A stretch of DNA of 34,487 nt from Paraglomus brasilianum (Eukaryota): contig CAJVPI010000337.1 in NCBI GenBank assembly GCA_910592345.1, positions 1-34,487 of the forward strand. Direction: 5' to 3'. Position numbers and translations under genes: made by a program. The notes under the pieces are model-generated. The model ran no database searches, had not been told where the DNA came from, and saw only the letters and a program-made list of their open reading frames with translations. The stretch's first letter is position 1; every line of letters starts with the position of its first letter. This document shows, one piece after another, positions 1 through 12,754 of the stretch.

Positions 1-27
1 CTAATCGTTCCTGAATAAAATACGTAG

Positions 28-138
28 CAACATTCGAGCTCGGTTCGAAGCATTTCAGCACCGCCGGATGATGACTTGTTTCATACCAGTTCTTTTCCAA
101 ATGGCCCCATGCAGTTGGCCAAGCCACCTCATGACTAG
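28..138 (+). CDS. Possible last exon of a gene that starts left of the window (QHSSSVRSISAPPDDDLFHTSSFPNGPMQLAKPPHD*)
   Basis: CTAAT branch-like motif at 1-5, TAG acceptor at 25-27, then 36 open codons to TAG at 136-138. No recognisable homology. Confidence 0.3.
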   Translation, partial: QHSSSVRSISAPPDDDLFHTSSFPNGPMQLAKPPHD

Positions 139-1599
139 AATATAGACAAGATGCGATAAAAGCAGTTCCCACACCTGCTCAAATCTTCCGACTGAAGAAT
201 ATCTCTGAAACTCCTGTAAGAACTAAAACCTTAGGTCATTCCACGCAAGTGATGAATCATCACTCACATCCCTAAAGACATATCGCCACTCTTTTTATGA
301 TATTGCTGCATAACCTTAACGGCCCCGTAACGATGCAAGTTTAACGGCATCCAACAACGGAAATAAATTGCCATACACATATATGCCAAGACGGCTTCGT
401 TTATATCAACAGTGCAAAGTAATGGCCGAGAGTTTGAGCAAATACTATCTAGTTAATCTTAATCAATGAAAAACGGACGTGTATTTATAATTGAAAACAA
501 TGAAGAAAATTTTCCCAAATTAGAATTGATATATTCATTCTTGAGTCTGCGCTATTTCTAAAAAGCAGCTGTAAAAATTATTTGTGTTTGAAATAAATTT
601 ACGACGTGTCTTAATTCCATAATATTATCCTATGAGCTTGTTCACTCCATCTCCGCCCAGCCTAACAACCAAGCTTTATTGTTAAATTTCCCCTCCAATC
701 GCCGAACGCTTACCTTTTTTCCATCTCAGCATTACAAGATTCACGCGCGCGATATAATTCGTCGTTTAGATGAGTCAGTAGACGCCAAATTTCATTAACA
801 GAGTGTATTTACAGTATTAACCAATAAAATTTCTTGTACAAAAATGCGCATATTATTTAAGACATTATTATACTCAGTTATATCTCAAAAAAAGTCTCCG
901 CCCCGAAGTATGACTGTAGTTGCAAAACGACTAAATTAGGAATATTAATATTCTCGTAGCATTACGATTATTATTCGTATAAGTATAACGCGTTTTAGAT
1001 ACAGTAGCTATAATTAGACCCCAACACTATTTGAAAAAATAGTCGATTTACTTGAGTGTGAATACCGTCTATGATTAGTGTCTACTGATCGATACTTGTC
1101 GTGAGTAGTAAAGCTTGGTTTGAAAGGTCACTCGTCTGAATTTACTGAGAGTAGGGAAAACCACAGCTCCGTTCGAAAATAGCTGAATCCCAAGGTCAAC
1201 GATCGATTGTTCTTCCCCCCGATTGTTGGCTTGACAGTTCCATTTATCAAGAATTTAACACAACATACGAGCGTGAGTTTACGCCTAGCGATAGGAGGTA
1301 TAAAAGGCCGCCTTCAAGAATGAGTTACACCTTAATTGATGGGGCATGTAAGCAAGATTGCTAAATTTGAGAGTATCCCTAGAATGTCAAACACTCTCCC
1401 GCGCATTCCATAAAAACGTAACTAACACATCTTTATCACATTATTATAAATTGTTTAATACACCCGCTATTTAATAAATTAAATCTTTTCAAGATTGTTC
1501 TTAGTACAGAAAATTCCATAGCTTGTATTTGATCTATAATTTATCTCCAATCTGTTAATGGTAATTTTGCTCATATAATATCTAGTGTTCTATACCAAA

Positions 1600-2010
1600 C
1601 ATATTTACTACCTTTATACAACTCAATCTTTTCCCTTATTTTTTTCTTTACTTCTGACTCCATTTTCATAAAAAATATAGACCTTACTTAGTACTTTAGC
1701 AAATCCCTGTTCAGCTGCTCTTTCATATAGCTCAAGTGTTTTTTTAATATCTGCTTCTACCCCAATTCCATTTTCATAATATAGGCCAAGAATGAATAAA
1801 CATTTCCTTCTTTAGCTCTTGATTGATAGAAGTCAGTTACAAAAGTAACATCAACATATGACCCATCCATGCAGCTACAATTCTTATTGTTTTTAACTTG
1901 CACTGACATATGTGCTTGTTTACTGCACTCTGGTATAACCCTGCTGCTTTTTGTTCACCTTTTTCTACTCCAATGTCATTATATATAGTAAGATTAAATT
2001 GAACCTTGGA
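1600..2010 (-). pseudogene. Degraded Sel1-like repeat (SLR) gene fragment
   Basis: Minus strand reads LGLYYENGIGVEADIKKTLELYERAAEQGF and, upstream, VQFNL...NDIGVEKGEQKAAGLYQSAVKQ. Both match the Sel1 consensus LGxxYxxGxGVxxDxxKAxxxYxxAAxQG. The frame is broken between and after the repeats. Confidence 0.75.
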
Positions 2011-4027
2011 ATAATGTACTAAAAATAACAGTAAGATAATAGAATTTCTGACGAGATGTTAAAAATTTGCAAATCCCAATGGTGATAAAGAAGCGGCAAG
2101 GAGCGATTTGAGAAAGAATATAGGAATGCCTGTTGCAATTTCTCTTAATCAGTTAACTATGGAACTAGAAGTCTTGAAAATTTGGTTCAATCTAGCAATA
2201 CGCTTACAATAGAGGACGTTGTTCAAACGATTCAAGAGCCATCCGAAGATAGATCATTCGAAGAACCATTCAAACATCTTTCCTTCAGAAGCTTTTTGCG
2301 CATTGAACAAACTTATTATTATAATATCTAATTAATTTACTGACTGTCAAGTAACTTAAACGCGAAAGCAGTCTAGTACAACTAAATTTTAGCAACTTTT
2401 GTGTTGACCCGCAGTATATCATAAATAAATGACGCTGTTTTACTATAATAATAATATATGCAATCAAGCATCGAAAATATCCCGCAAAGCCGTCACGATT
2501 TATACATCCTATATTACCGTCAAAAATTTCAGGTGATTCCCTATCTCAGCAGAAATATTAAACGGTCTTGCATAATGGCTAACATGCATGCTAAATAAAT
2601 TTCTCATGTACATGCAAGTAAAGCGGATAAAGGTTCCCGAGAAAATCAGTCTCGAATTACAAGAACGGCACGACAATAATTAACAAGCTGTGTTTCGTAA
2701 GGAGCGGGGGTGTTTCACTGGATTCGAGATTCAGGTTAAACCTTGATTATTCGTGACACATTAGAGAATTCGAGAAAATGCTTGTGGACAAAATGAATAA
2801 TAAATACCCTACGATCATACAACGTTCAACGTTACATTCTGTTAAACTAATTATTTTAAGACCCAAAAATGGTTAGAATTTATTTGTTTATACATTGTTC
2901 CTATTACTATCAATAGTCTCCCCGTTAACTTTACTATGAATACCTGATATACATCAATTGACGTGAAAGATTATGGTGATAGTGACACTTTCCCAACACT
3001 TTTATGGTCGTCGATTATAACTAATTTGGACTAGTGTCGAAAAATATCCGAAATCACTTCCTCAATTTACACGTATTGCCCAAAATTAAGCTCCTCTTAA
3101 CGTTAAAGTTTGTGACGGGTTTACTAATAGTATTTTCCCCCTCCTCTTCTATTACCATTCTCAAACTGGTCTACAATAATAAGAATGGTATCTGGTTTCA
3201 CTCCCGCGACATTATTATTTTGCTTGGCAAGTCCCAACGAACCTTCATTCTGATGCGCCTCGACGTAACACACGCAGAAAGATAAGCTCGCAAAAGGATT
3301 GTGCAACTCGGGTTAAATTTATTGCAGCTATAACTATAAAGACTCTCAAAAAAAAAAAAAGAGAGAACGAGAGAGAGCTTAAAGAAGCTACGCTTATTAT
3401 ATTATTAGTATGTAAATGTCCCGGGGAGAATTTGTAAAGTGAACAACATTATGCATTCTGGTTTCGAGTGTAGGTTAAGGGGAAGAGAGTACCAAACTCT
3501 GTATTACATGCTAACGCATGTAATAGTAAACAGTAAACCAGTTAAGGTTTATACATGAAAAATGACGATTGATGGTGTAACAACTGTTGGCTAAATGACA
3601 TTGGACATTGGTCCGTATAAGGAATAACTATTGTAAAATTTCATCTGAAATATTAATATCACACGGGAGAAAATCGAGGCTGTGTAACGGCGTAAATAAA
3701 AGACATAACGCGTTGAAATAATGTCTTAACTCGATACGTATTTACCAGTCTGCTTTATTATATTCACATTTTTTTTTTTCGCGGATAATAATAATATAAA
3801 TAACAAGAGAACAAGCAATTATAATAATAAAAAAAAGAAAAAAGAAATATAATTTCTTATATAAGCCGTTTAGTTCTCTTAGTCTACAAATTGAAATAAA
3901 CATACACAATAATTCATATCCCGAATATCTACGAAATCGACAAACGCGCTCCCCCCCCACCCAGCCACCCCGCCAGCCCGGCTAACTCACACTCTAATTG
4001 TACACAAAAACAAACAAATCGCCATCA

Positions 4028-6897
4028 TCACTTGATGACACTTTTCAATTTGGCAATAGGTACGTCATCATCACTTGGCACCTCAACAGATTCTGGATCG
4101 CCTATTCTCGACTGTTGCGTTCTTTTTCTAGAAGGCACTTTGTCACTTTGGTCCACTTCCCGAGAGGCGCTATCCAAGTACCCCTTCCTATCTTTATCTC
4201 GAGTACTCTCCCTAAATTCATCTTTGCCACTTCTTAATATACTACTTCTTGGCCCAATCGATGACTTGGACACTTCTCCTCTTTCCCTAACATGTTTCTT
4301 TCCACTTTCTCTTTGATCGCCATCAGCATCGCTCTCCTTCAAAGGTGACAACAAATTTCCCACCGGCGACGTTTGACCAGATATCATGGCCAATGGTAGT
4401 TGGTCAGATAACGGTTCATCTGAATCTGCTTCGTCTTCGCTATGAGGGTTGCTTCCCCGAGCATTATGCGGAGGACTATGCGGAGGACTATGCGGGCGGT
4501 CTCGTGTTTCTCGACGACTTGATGTACGGGAATGAGGTGAACGCATAGACTTGGAATGGGTAGGTTGTGAAGCACGATTGCTAGACGATGTGTGAGTTGT
4601 TCTGGACCGACGAACGTCTGCAACCTCATTTGTAGGTTCGTCACTATCGCGATGTGAATGATGAGAATGGACATTGGTATGTGTATGCCCGTCTTCCTTC
4701 AACGTCGATGGAGACTTTAATGATGGTCTTCTATTCGCTTTACTCTCGTCAGTTTCAATTTTTAACGTTGATAGTCTTTTACTCGTTCTACTCTTGTCAG
4801 TTTCAGTTTTCAACATTGATGATTTTCTATTCGCTCTACTCTCGTCAGTTTCAGTCTTTAACGTTGAGTGTCTTTTACTCGCTCTACTCTCGTCAGTATC
4901 AGTTTTCAACATTGATGATTTTCTATTCGCTCTACTCTCGTCAGTATCAGTTTTCAACATTGATGATTTTCTATTCGCTCTACTCTCGTCAGTATCAGTT
5001 TTCAACATTGATCTTCTATTCGCTTTATTCTCGTCAGTATCAGTTTTCAACATTGATCTTCTATTCGCTTTATTCTCGTCAGTTTCAGCTTTCAACATTG
5101 ATGATCTTCTGTTCACTCTACTCTCGTCAGTATCAGTCTTTAATGTTGATACTCTTCTATTCGCTCTATGCTCGTCAGTTTCAGTCTTCAACGTTGGGTG
5201 TCTTTTACTCGCTCTACTCTCGTCAGCTTCGCGTTTTGACGTTGATGCTTCTCTATTCACCCTACTCTCATCGGCTCCGCGTTTTGCCATTGACACTTTT
5301 CTATTCGCTCTATGCTCGTCAGTTTCAGTCTTCAACGTTGATGCTTCTCTATTCACCCTACTCTCATCGGCTCCGCGTTTTGCCATTGACACTTTTCTAT
5401 TCGCTCTATGCTCGTCAGTTTCAGTCTTCAACGTTGATGCTTCTTTATTCACTCTACTATCATGGGCTCCGCGTTTTGCCGTTGATACTTTTCTATTCAT
5501 TCTATGCTCATCAGATTCAGTCTTCAACGTTGATACTCTTCTATCCGCTTTACTATCGTCAGCTTCATAGGTTCCCGGGACATGTTGTCCCCGACGCGAG
5601 CTCGATTTATATAGTTCGGTATTGGAATGTGGTACTGTGGGAGACTTTGTCCGTTTCTCTTGAGAAATGTCGTATACATCGGGGACTGAGACATCTAAGT
5701 CACGAGTATCCGTTTCGTTCTTTCGCGGATGACGCCTACTATTCCTTAAATTCTGGCGATCATGCAATCGTTTTATTTCAGTTGACCTCCCTCTTCGATC
5801 ATCATCATCTTCTTCTTCTTCTTCTTCTTCCGTATCCTGACTCGCGCGGACCTCCTCCATATTTACAACGACACTCGAGAACGGCATATAATCACTTCCA
5901 GACAACCCTGACCCAAGGTCGGAAACCGACTGACGAACATTGTTATTCGCAGCAACCGACCTGTCGATTGTTTTCTCAGTGTTCAAAGAAGATTCGTTGC
6001 GCGGGAAGAAGCCCTTGAGCAAGCCTTTACGTTTTTTTGGAGTGTCGGCGGTTGAAAAGTTTAACAGAGTTCCGGATTGGAAGGCAGAGCCAGATTTATC
6101 AGCACCTTGATCAGGGAAGGATGGCGCCTCTGAAGTGTCAAGGTATCTTGAAGCTGGGTGTGAACGTCGGTATAATAAATACACCGCGATCAATATTATC
6201 GATCCTAATACTATTCCAGCAATGATTACTGCAGTCTTTGGCCAAGTTCCAAATGGACCCAAACTAATATTATTTGATTGTGCGCTCACTGTCAGATCAC
6301 TACAATATTGTTCCTTTTCACATGTATCTCCGTATATTGTTACTGATGCTGTTGGTTGCGTTAATATGGCTGTTGGCATCGATACGTGAAATGAGGCCGA
6401 AAATTTACTATCGAAATGCGATTCGCACGTGAAGCTACTTGGTGTGGTCCGATCGCATTTGAACGATGCAGACGAGGAGGATGGTTCACCTTGTATGAGG
6501 TATTCTGGTGGAAATGAGATGAGTGCCGTGTATTGTTGGTTATTGCGTTTAAAGTCTTTGTGTGAGGCAGTAATATTTATTTGATATTCGGGTACATTTG
6601 GATTTGATCCTGTTGACATTGAATTGACGGAGAAGCAGCAAGATTCTGAGGGGGGAGGAGGAAGGTAATTTGGTTAGCATTATCAATCTCTGTTGTTGTA
6701 AGTTTCGAGGCCAAGACTGAGCCACTCGCTCACGTGCAATAGCACATATAAAACATATAAACTACTCTATTAGCACACAATTTCAGAAACTTACGAGCAG
6801 TGACTGTATTTGTTCCTGCGAATATAATAAACGTAAGTATTAACAGGCTCCAGCGTGCCGCCGGAGAGACGCGAATGCGGGCCTGTCTAAAAGCCAT
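4028..6897 (-). CDS. Orphan type I membrane protein, about 906 aa: signal peptide, Cys-containing ectodomain, one TM helix, long disordered tail with tandem repeats. Exons 6897-6795 and 6645-4028.
   Basis: Exon 1 encodes MAFRQARIRVSPAARWSLLILTFIIFAGTNTVTA (signal-like). Intron 6794-6646 has GTAAGT, a GCTAAC branch point and a CAG acceptor, and joins in frame to the 863-aa ORF. TM segment AVIIAGIVLGSIILIAVYLLY is followed by RR. Confidence 0.85.
4716..5560 (-). repeat. Coding minisatellite of about 18 x 48 bp (16 aa, consensus DESRANRKSSTLKTET)
   Basis: Unit directly visible, e.g. ttctattcgctctactctcgtcagtatcagttttcaacattgatgatt. Includes two 45-bp variants and an alternating 96-bp higher-order block. 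Confidence 0.95.
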
Positions 6898-9648
6898 TTT
6901 GTTGTTTCTTTATTATAATTACAAGTGCTAGGTGTTCGTTAGTCTAAGTCGTGGGTGGTGATATATAGCAAACGGTGTATTATTTTGCAATGGATAGTTG
7001 CTGTAGCTACTAAGTCGTTATGGGGCGTGTCGTTATCGTGTATATTGCCTAACCATGTATGCTTTTCGTAATATTTGTACGTGAGTTTGGACCTCTAGAT
7101 CGCAATAATGAAAATAGTAACAGTAATGATAACAGTAATATTAATATAATAATGTTAATAATTTCTACACAAATAACAAGCAAAGGTTAGAGATAGAGAG
7201 AGAGGTTGAAATGATTTCTTTATAACCTATCGGAGTGTCAAGTAATGCCAATTGCTATAACTGGTCGCCAATACCAGTTAACTGCTTTGGGTAGAGAGGA
7301 TGGGGTGGGTAGATAAAGTGATAATAAGTAAATATATTTATTATTTTTATGATTACAATCTTCTCCAAGGGGAAAGAATCTTGTGTATCATGTAGTAACC
7401 TCGTGGAATGTACAGTGAATGTCGTACAGTTTACTGATGAAACGCAAGTCAAAAAGTTAGAGACTGTTAAGAACAGAGAAAGAGGGCATTGGCGTTTCGT
7501 CTGCAATTCGCTGTGTGTATGCAGGGCCAAAAGAACCAAAACGAGCTTACGAACGCTGCGAGTCTGATTGAATCAGAGACAGATATGTAATGTTATTTTA
7601 TTACAATGATGTTTATTTATTGTTATGCATTCCTAGTGGCAACATAAAGTCACATGAATCGAGAATTTACGTAACAATAATAATAATAATAACAATAACC
7701 CTTAACGCAGGTAGTCGATCGATGTGTTTAACAATTCTGTTCAAACAATAGCGCCACACATCGCTATATATCGCTGTACCCTTTCTTCTCGTTCAACTTG
7801 CTTATCTAATTCTCTAGCTGCCTCTAGTAAGGACTAATTATTGCTAATTATTTGTTTTCCTTTTCGACTCGCAGAATTGCAGATATGGCTGTTGGTGAAT
7901 GCATATTGTATGTTAGTCGAAATTTGATTAAATAATGAGGCCATAGTAATAGAGATAGTAATAGGTTTGCACGCATAAAAAAGTACACATGTATGTCATA
8001 ATTCACAATGGGACACTACAATCACTTTCCCCAACGAAATGAATGCGAGGTTAGTTCACACGATAAATCTTTGTATATCATAATACCCGATTGTATTGAT
8101 GCGGAAGTCAAAGAAATGCAGCGTTTAATTGATATCTACCAGCTACGGGAAAGAGCGAAGTGCTTGGATCGTGTCACGAGCCAATGGTATTTCTAGCATC
8201 CTGATATAGATAGGTGATTGTCACCTCCGTGTGAATATTCCATGTTGGCACTTGAATAAGGCGGGTAAAAATATATATATATAACTTGGCACGATTTTCA
8301 GCCAGTTGGATTCACAAATTAGGTACAAAAAAGACATTTTAGCGTTGGCTTCTGGGATTGGGATTGTTACTATTTGCTTCCATTTTATCATGTAAGATGT
8401 ATTAAAATGTAATTTATTGGTTATCACCGCGTTGTTCCAATAATTCGGATTATTATTATCACGGTTATAATAAACACTGACATGTATTTCTGAATGATAT
8501 TAATGACGTGAATGTTCGCAATACTTTGGATAAAGTCTCAATTGATAATATAATTTATGGCTTATTTATCAATTGGTAACAAAAACAATACGACAGACGG
8601 ATTACTAAGAATGTAATGGAATGGTTACAATAATTATCTAACTACAAATTACCTTAACAGCTCCAAGTGAACGGGCATAGTTGTGTATGATTCCTTGCTA
8701 TTAGACGTCTAATAGAAGAAATTAAGAACTGATTTATTATAACCAACCTAACCAACAGTTGGAAAGAAAGTTCTCAGAATTGAGGCTGAGCATCGAGATA
8801 AACATGTTAGTAACCACATACTAATACACTATTCTATTTTGTTATAATTACTATCTATAACTATTACTGTCATTGATTTTTTATTTAACACTCTTATTAT
8901 CGCCTTCTAGATAAATAAATGTGCTAAATCGTGCAGCAACAAATTATACGTAACTCCACCGATCCAGAAAACTCATGCGTTTCAGGAATATTCGTCTAGA
9001 CAATTGATTGATATTGTATACATGTACGTGAAGGCTAGAGTATGTATGATGTACAAGGGTATTAATCAACGAAATCCCTCATGAGAGGTAACGAGAAGAA
9101 GCCTCGTACTAGCCTATCTCGTCTATAATGTTGATAATGTAGGTTGAAGCAACTTAAGAGTAGGATGAAAAAGATTTATCTTGCTTATAAAAAAAAGATA
9201 TGATCTTGTTTGGCAGCGGGGTTAGAATTAGATATCGAAAATTTTATTTAACTTTTCAAATAAATTTGCGTTCTGTAGTCGTGACTGTTTGTTGACACCC
9301 TTTTTTTTTTGTTGTAATAAACGCCTGTCGTTCATTTCATAGCCGACTGATTAAGATTATGGCACACGAGCCGTGAGTCAGCAAATGGCAAGGACAAAAA
9401 TTGTTCTAATATGACTATATGTGAAAGGGATTATAGCAATTAGAAAAAGGCTATCATGAGTCCCACTACCATGTCTGAGAATCTTTTTTAAAAAATAGTC
9501 GCCTGATTACGCGTCAAGTCCGATAAACTCGAGCGAATACAGTAGAATCAAAGTAGTCTAATGTCTGAACTGAACATGCCATCTACCAATTATTATAAAT
9601 TTACAGTGTATATAGTAATAGGGAACTTTTGCTCGTAATCCGATAGGT

Positions 9649-9791
9649 TACACAGGAACCTGGATATAACAAAGCTTTTGCTGCATCAAAGATATATTTA
9701 ATATTATACAAAACCTGGTTATAACGAATCCTGGATATAACAAAGAAAAATGTCTGCATCATCTCCTCCGTTATATCCAGTCCACTGTGTA
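9649..9791. mobile_element. Short MITE of pogo/Tigger (Tc1-mariner) type
   Basis: Left end TACACAGGAACCTGGATATAAC; right end reverse complement TACACAGTGGACTGGATATAAC (18/22 match). TA at both ends, with two more internal CCTGG(A/T)TATAAC copies. Confidence 0.7.
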
Positions 9792-10199
9792 TATAGCGGA
9801 TCAACCAACTCTGATTTCACGCGCCAGACTTTATTTTTGAGTTGTAATTTCTCTTCCGGTTGACAACTTCGATCAGTTCAACCGCAAAATGTGGCAAATG
9901 CTTATGCACGATGGATCTTATGATAGTTTGACATATCAAAGGACGCACCAAATCGTACCTGTGCCGTCACAAAGACCAAAGTTGATTCAAGTAGTAGCTT
10001 AAATTTATAACGGATTCAGTAATAGCCGGAAAATTTTTTAGTATTTCAAAAACACATCTTGTAATTTTGTACATAAGAATGTCTACCTTCTGTTGTTTCA
10101 GGAAGACATGATATATCGCCTAATTTATAGTACACGAGTCTGACAACGCAGAGCAAGTCCAATCTGAGGGTCATTGTTGACGAGTACTATTCAAACATT

Positions 10200-12031
10200 T
10201 CACCATTTCAACATATCGTCCATCTCGGCTTCACCAAACAAACTACTCTTCGTAGCCTTAAGCTCATTAATGTCCGCACCCACTTCATCTTTATTACTCC
10301 GTGCAAATCTGGGGAGATGAGTTCTTATGAACCTCAAAATATGTCGATTGATTTGATCAAACTCGAGGAGAAATCCATCATGGCCATCGGGTGATTGAAT
10401 TGTCACCATCTCGGCATTGGGAATGCTTTTCGCTAGTTCATATTGTTCAGATATAGTATACAAACCGTCTGATTCTATACCTGGATATCGAATGTGCACG
10501 TGGGTTATATATGAGAATGACATAAAGAAAACTACAAGTCATATATACAGCATGCAACTCACCGATAACCATAGTCGGTTGTCGTATACTGCCCAAAACT
10601 TCTTCTATTTCTCCTCTTTCATTGGCAATATCATGTGTGTCCATTTTACGAGAAATGCTAATATAACAATTCGCGTCGAAGCGCTTCACAAACTTGTTTC
10701 CCTGATATCTAAGATAAGACTGTGCGGAGAATACATTTGGTACTGCGGCAACAGAATGCTCATTGTTTCGATGCTTGCCGTCGGCTATTTCTCCACCCTC
10801 GCTACTACTGCTACTGTTATCGCCTCTTTTGTTAAAATAGACGCCCTTCATAATATTCTCGCTTTTGTTTCCATCATTGTGTACCAACAAAGCATGCTCA
10901 GCCGGAGTAGAAGGCGCTACTCTAGGGGCATACTCGTGGGGATGTTTTTTTGGATCATTATACTTGCGACCGAATCTCGACTCGAACGAATCTCTTGATC
11001 GGTATGTAAGAAGAGCAGACATACGTGCAGCAGACAGACCAGTAGCCGGAGGGTCTTCCGGGCTATAGTATCCATCAAGATATTTAGGATCGCTGTATAT
11101 CGCCTGTCGCTGAGCCTCACCCCAGCTTATACACCATGCCGAATGTCGAGCAGATGTCGCAATAGGAACTATATTGCAAACATAATCCGGACCAAAGAAA
11201 GCCCATTCGAGAACCTGCATGCCGCCCATAGATCCACCGAGACAGATTGCAACTTGTTTTACTCCCAGCATATCGAGAACTTTTTTGTGGAGTCTAGCAA
11301 ATCGAAATGTGGAATAAATGAGTAGAATGAATACATAGTTCTCTTTGTAAAATATTTAAGCGGGCATATAGCAGCAAACCTACTAAGAAACACAATTTAA
11401 ACCCAACATGTTTCTACCTAACATCATCGCGAATGGTAGTCTGCGGGAATTCTGGTCCATACGGTCTCCCAGTGTCGGGATCTATAGTTACTGATGAAGC
11501 TGTCCCGTAAGGAGATCCCATAACGTTTGCACAAAATATGAAGAATTTTGATGAATCGAATGCTAGGCCTTTACCCATCAAAGGTCCCCACCTAAAAAAA
11601 AAAAATACAAAAAAAAATAAAATACAAAAACAAAAAAAAAAGTACACACACAAAAATAAATGCTCCGAATATGCTTATATTATATTAATCCAACAGAATC
11701 TCAAAATCGACAGTTCGCGTCTTACCAATCTTCAACATCAGCGCTTCCACTTAGCGCATGACAAATTACCATAACGTTGTCTTTTTGTTCGTTCAATTCG
11801 CCCCATGTTTTATATGCGACGGGAACTTGTCGAATTTTGACGCCAGACGACAGCGTAAACTCGGGTATGATTGTTATGGTCTGACCGTTTACCAGAGAGG
11901 CCAACTTATTTTCATACACCTGTGTTTGCTCTGCGTATATCAAGGTAGAAAAGGTAGGGAAAAAAAGTTCTAAGATCTGTATCACGATATTTAACAAATA
12001 AGGGAAGGAAGATGTTCTAATTACCAAGCAT
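10200..12031 (-). CDS. MET2: Homoserine O-acetyltransferase. Exons 12031-12025, 11930-11726, 11591-11418, 11293-10563, 10480-10200.
   Basis: Motifs VICHALSGSADVEDWWG, CANVMGSPYG, nucleophile elbow GGSMGG, KRFDANCY and GHDGFLLE. All four introns are GT-AG and phase-compatible. The 7-nt first exon is the least certain part. Confidence 0.95.
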
Positions 12032-12754
12032 TTTTATGATCAACAAACTTTATTCAAAAACTTTTAAATTAGAATAGAACGAACATTTCATGAAGAGAAA
12101 AAGAAAAAGTTAATCAGCACTGTTACATGGGCTGCTTTGCAGGGGGGTAATACTATGTAAATCAGATGATCTAGAAATATTACTAATATGGTAATAAATA
12201 TTTAATATCCCGTGACTTAAATGATAGAATTCTTATGGTAAAGGTTTCTTTCTCTCATCAATACGTATTATTATCACGTTATCCTTAGGTTTTTAGATAA
12301 TAATGAGGCAGAACAACAAAATAATAAACATGATGAATTTTATGGAAATACCTAAGGCATCGACGAGCCTACTTTGTACAATATTACAAATGTGATAATC
12401 TACTACTACAGTAACAAATTCTACATTATCGCGATTATGTTGTTCGATCTTTTCAAATGTGCAAGAGTCTGCAAGATGTTGAGGAATCAGTATGCTATCA
12501 TGTTCACAGATTTTATATATGACGTATTCGTTGTCCTTTACTTATTTTTACTATGATATTAAATCCTTGCGTATACAAATTATATTTGAATGGATTCTCG
12601 CTCAACATTATGTAACAGTGTAACTCGTCCAGACGTGTAATTATCTTCCCACCATTGGTTTGGTCTTTCTTTATAAAAGGATATATCGCACCATTAAATA
12701 AATTCCTAACAAACTTTGCATGCATAAAAAGCTTAGCACCCAGTAGTGCGTTTA

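Noticed and set aside
1150..3306. Coding-like patches near 1150-1400, 2040-2290 and 3034-3306
   Set aside because: Possibly pseudogene debris, but I cannot assign strand, frame or family.
4716..5560. CRISPR-like regular array
   Set aside because: Contiguous tandem units without unique spacers, inside a eukaryotic coding exon, with no cas genes.
4654..6018. Long hydrophobic repetitive + strand ORFs (454 aa and 298 aa)
   Set aside because: Antisense shadows: a 3n repeat unit with no stop stays open in several frames. The minus frame has the signal peptide, intron, TM helix and coherent termini.
7255..9600. Short ORFs and coding-like patches between the membrane protein gene and the MITE
   Set aside because: No recognisable motifs or consistent splice structure.
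10417..11120. ORFs antisense or out of frame to MET2 (and similar ones over DRE2, RALGAPB, RPN6, SPT2, SEN54)
   Set aside because: Fully explained as shadows of well-supported genes.
12675..12684. ATATCCTTTT on the minus strand, a perfect AT-AC U12 donor
   Set aside because: Lies about 70 nt past the DRE2 stop; I found no matching branch point, acceptor or exon structure. Probably chance in AT-rich DNA.
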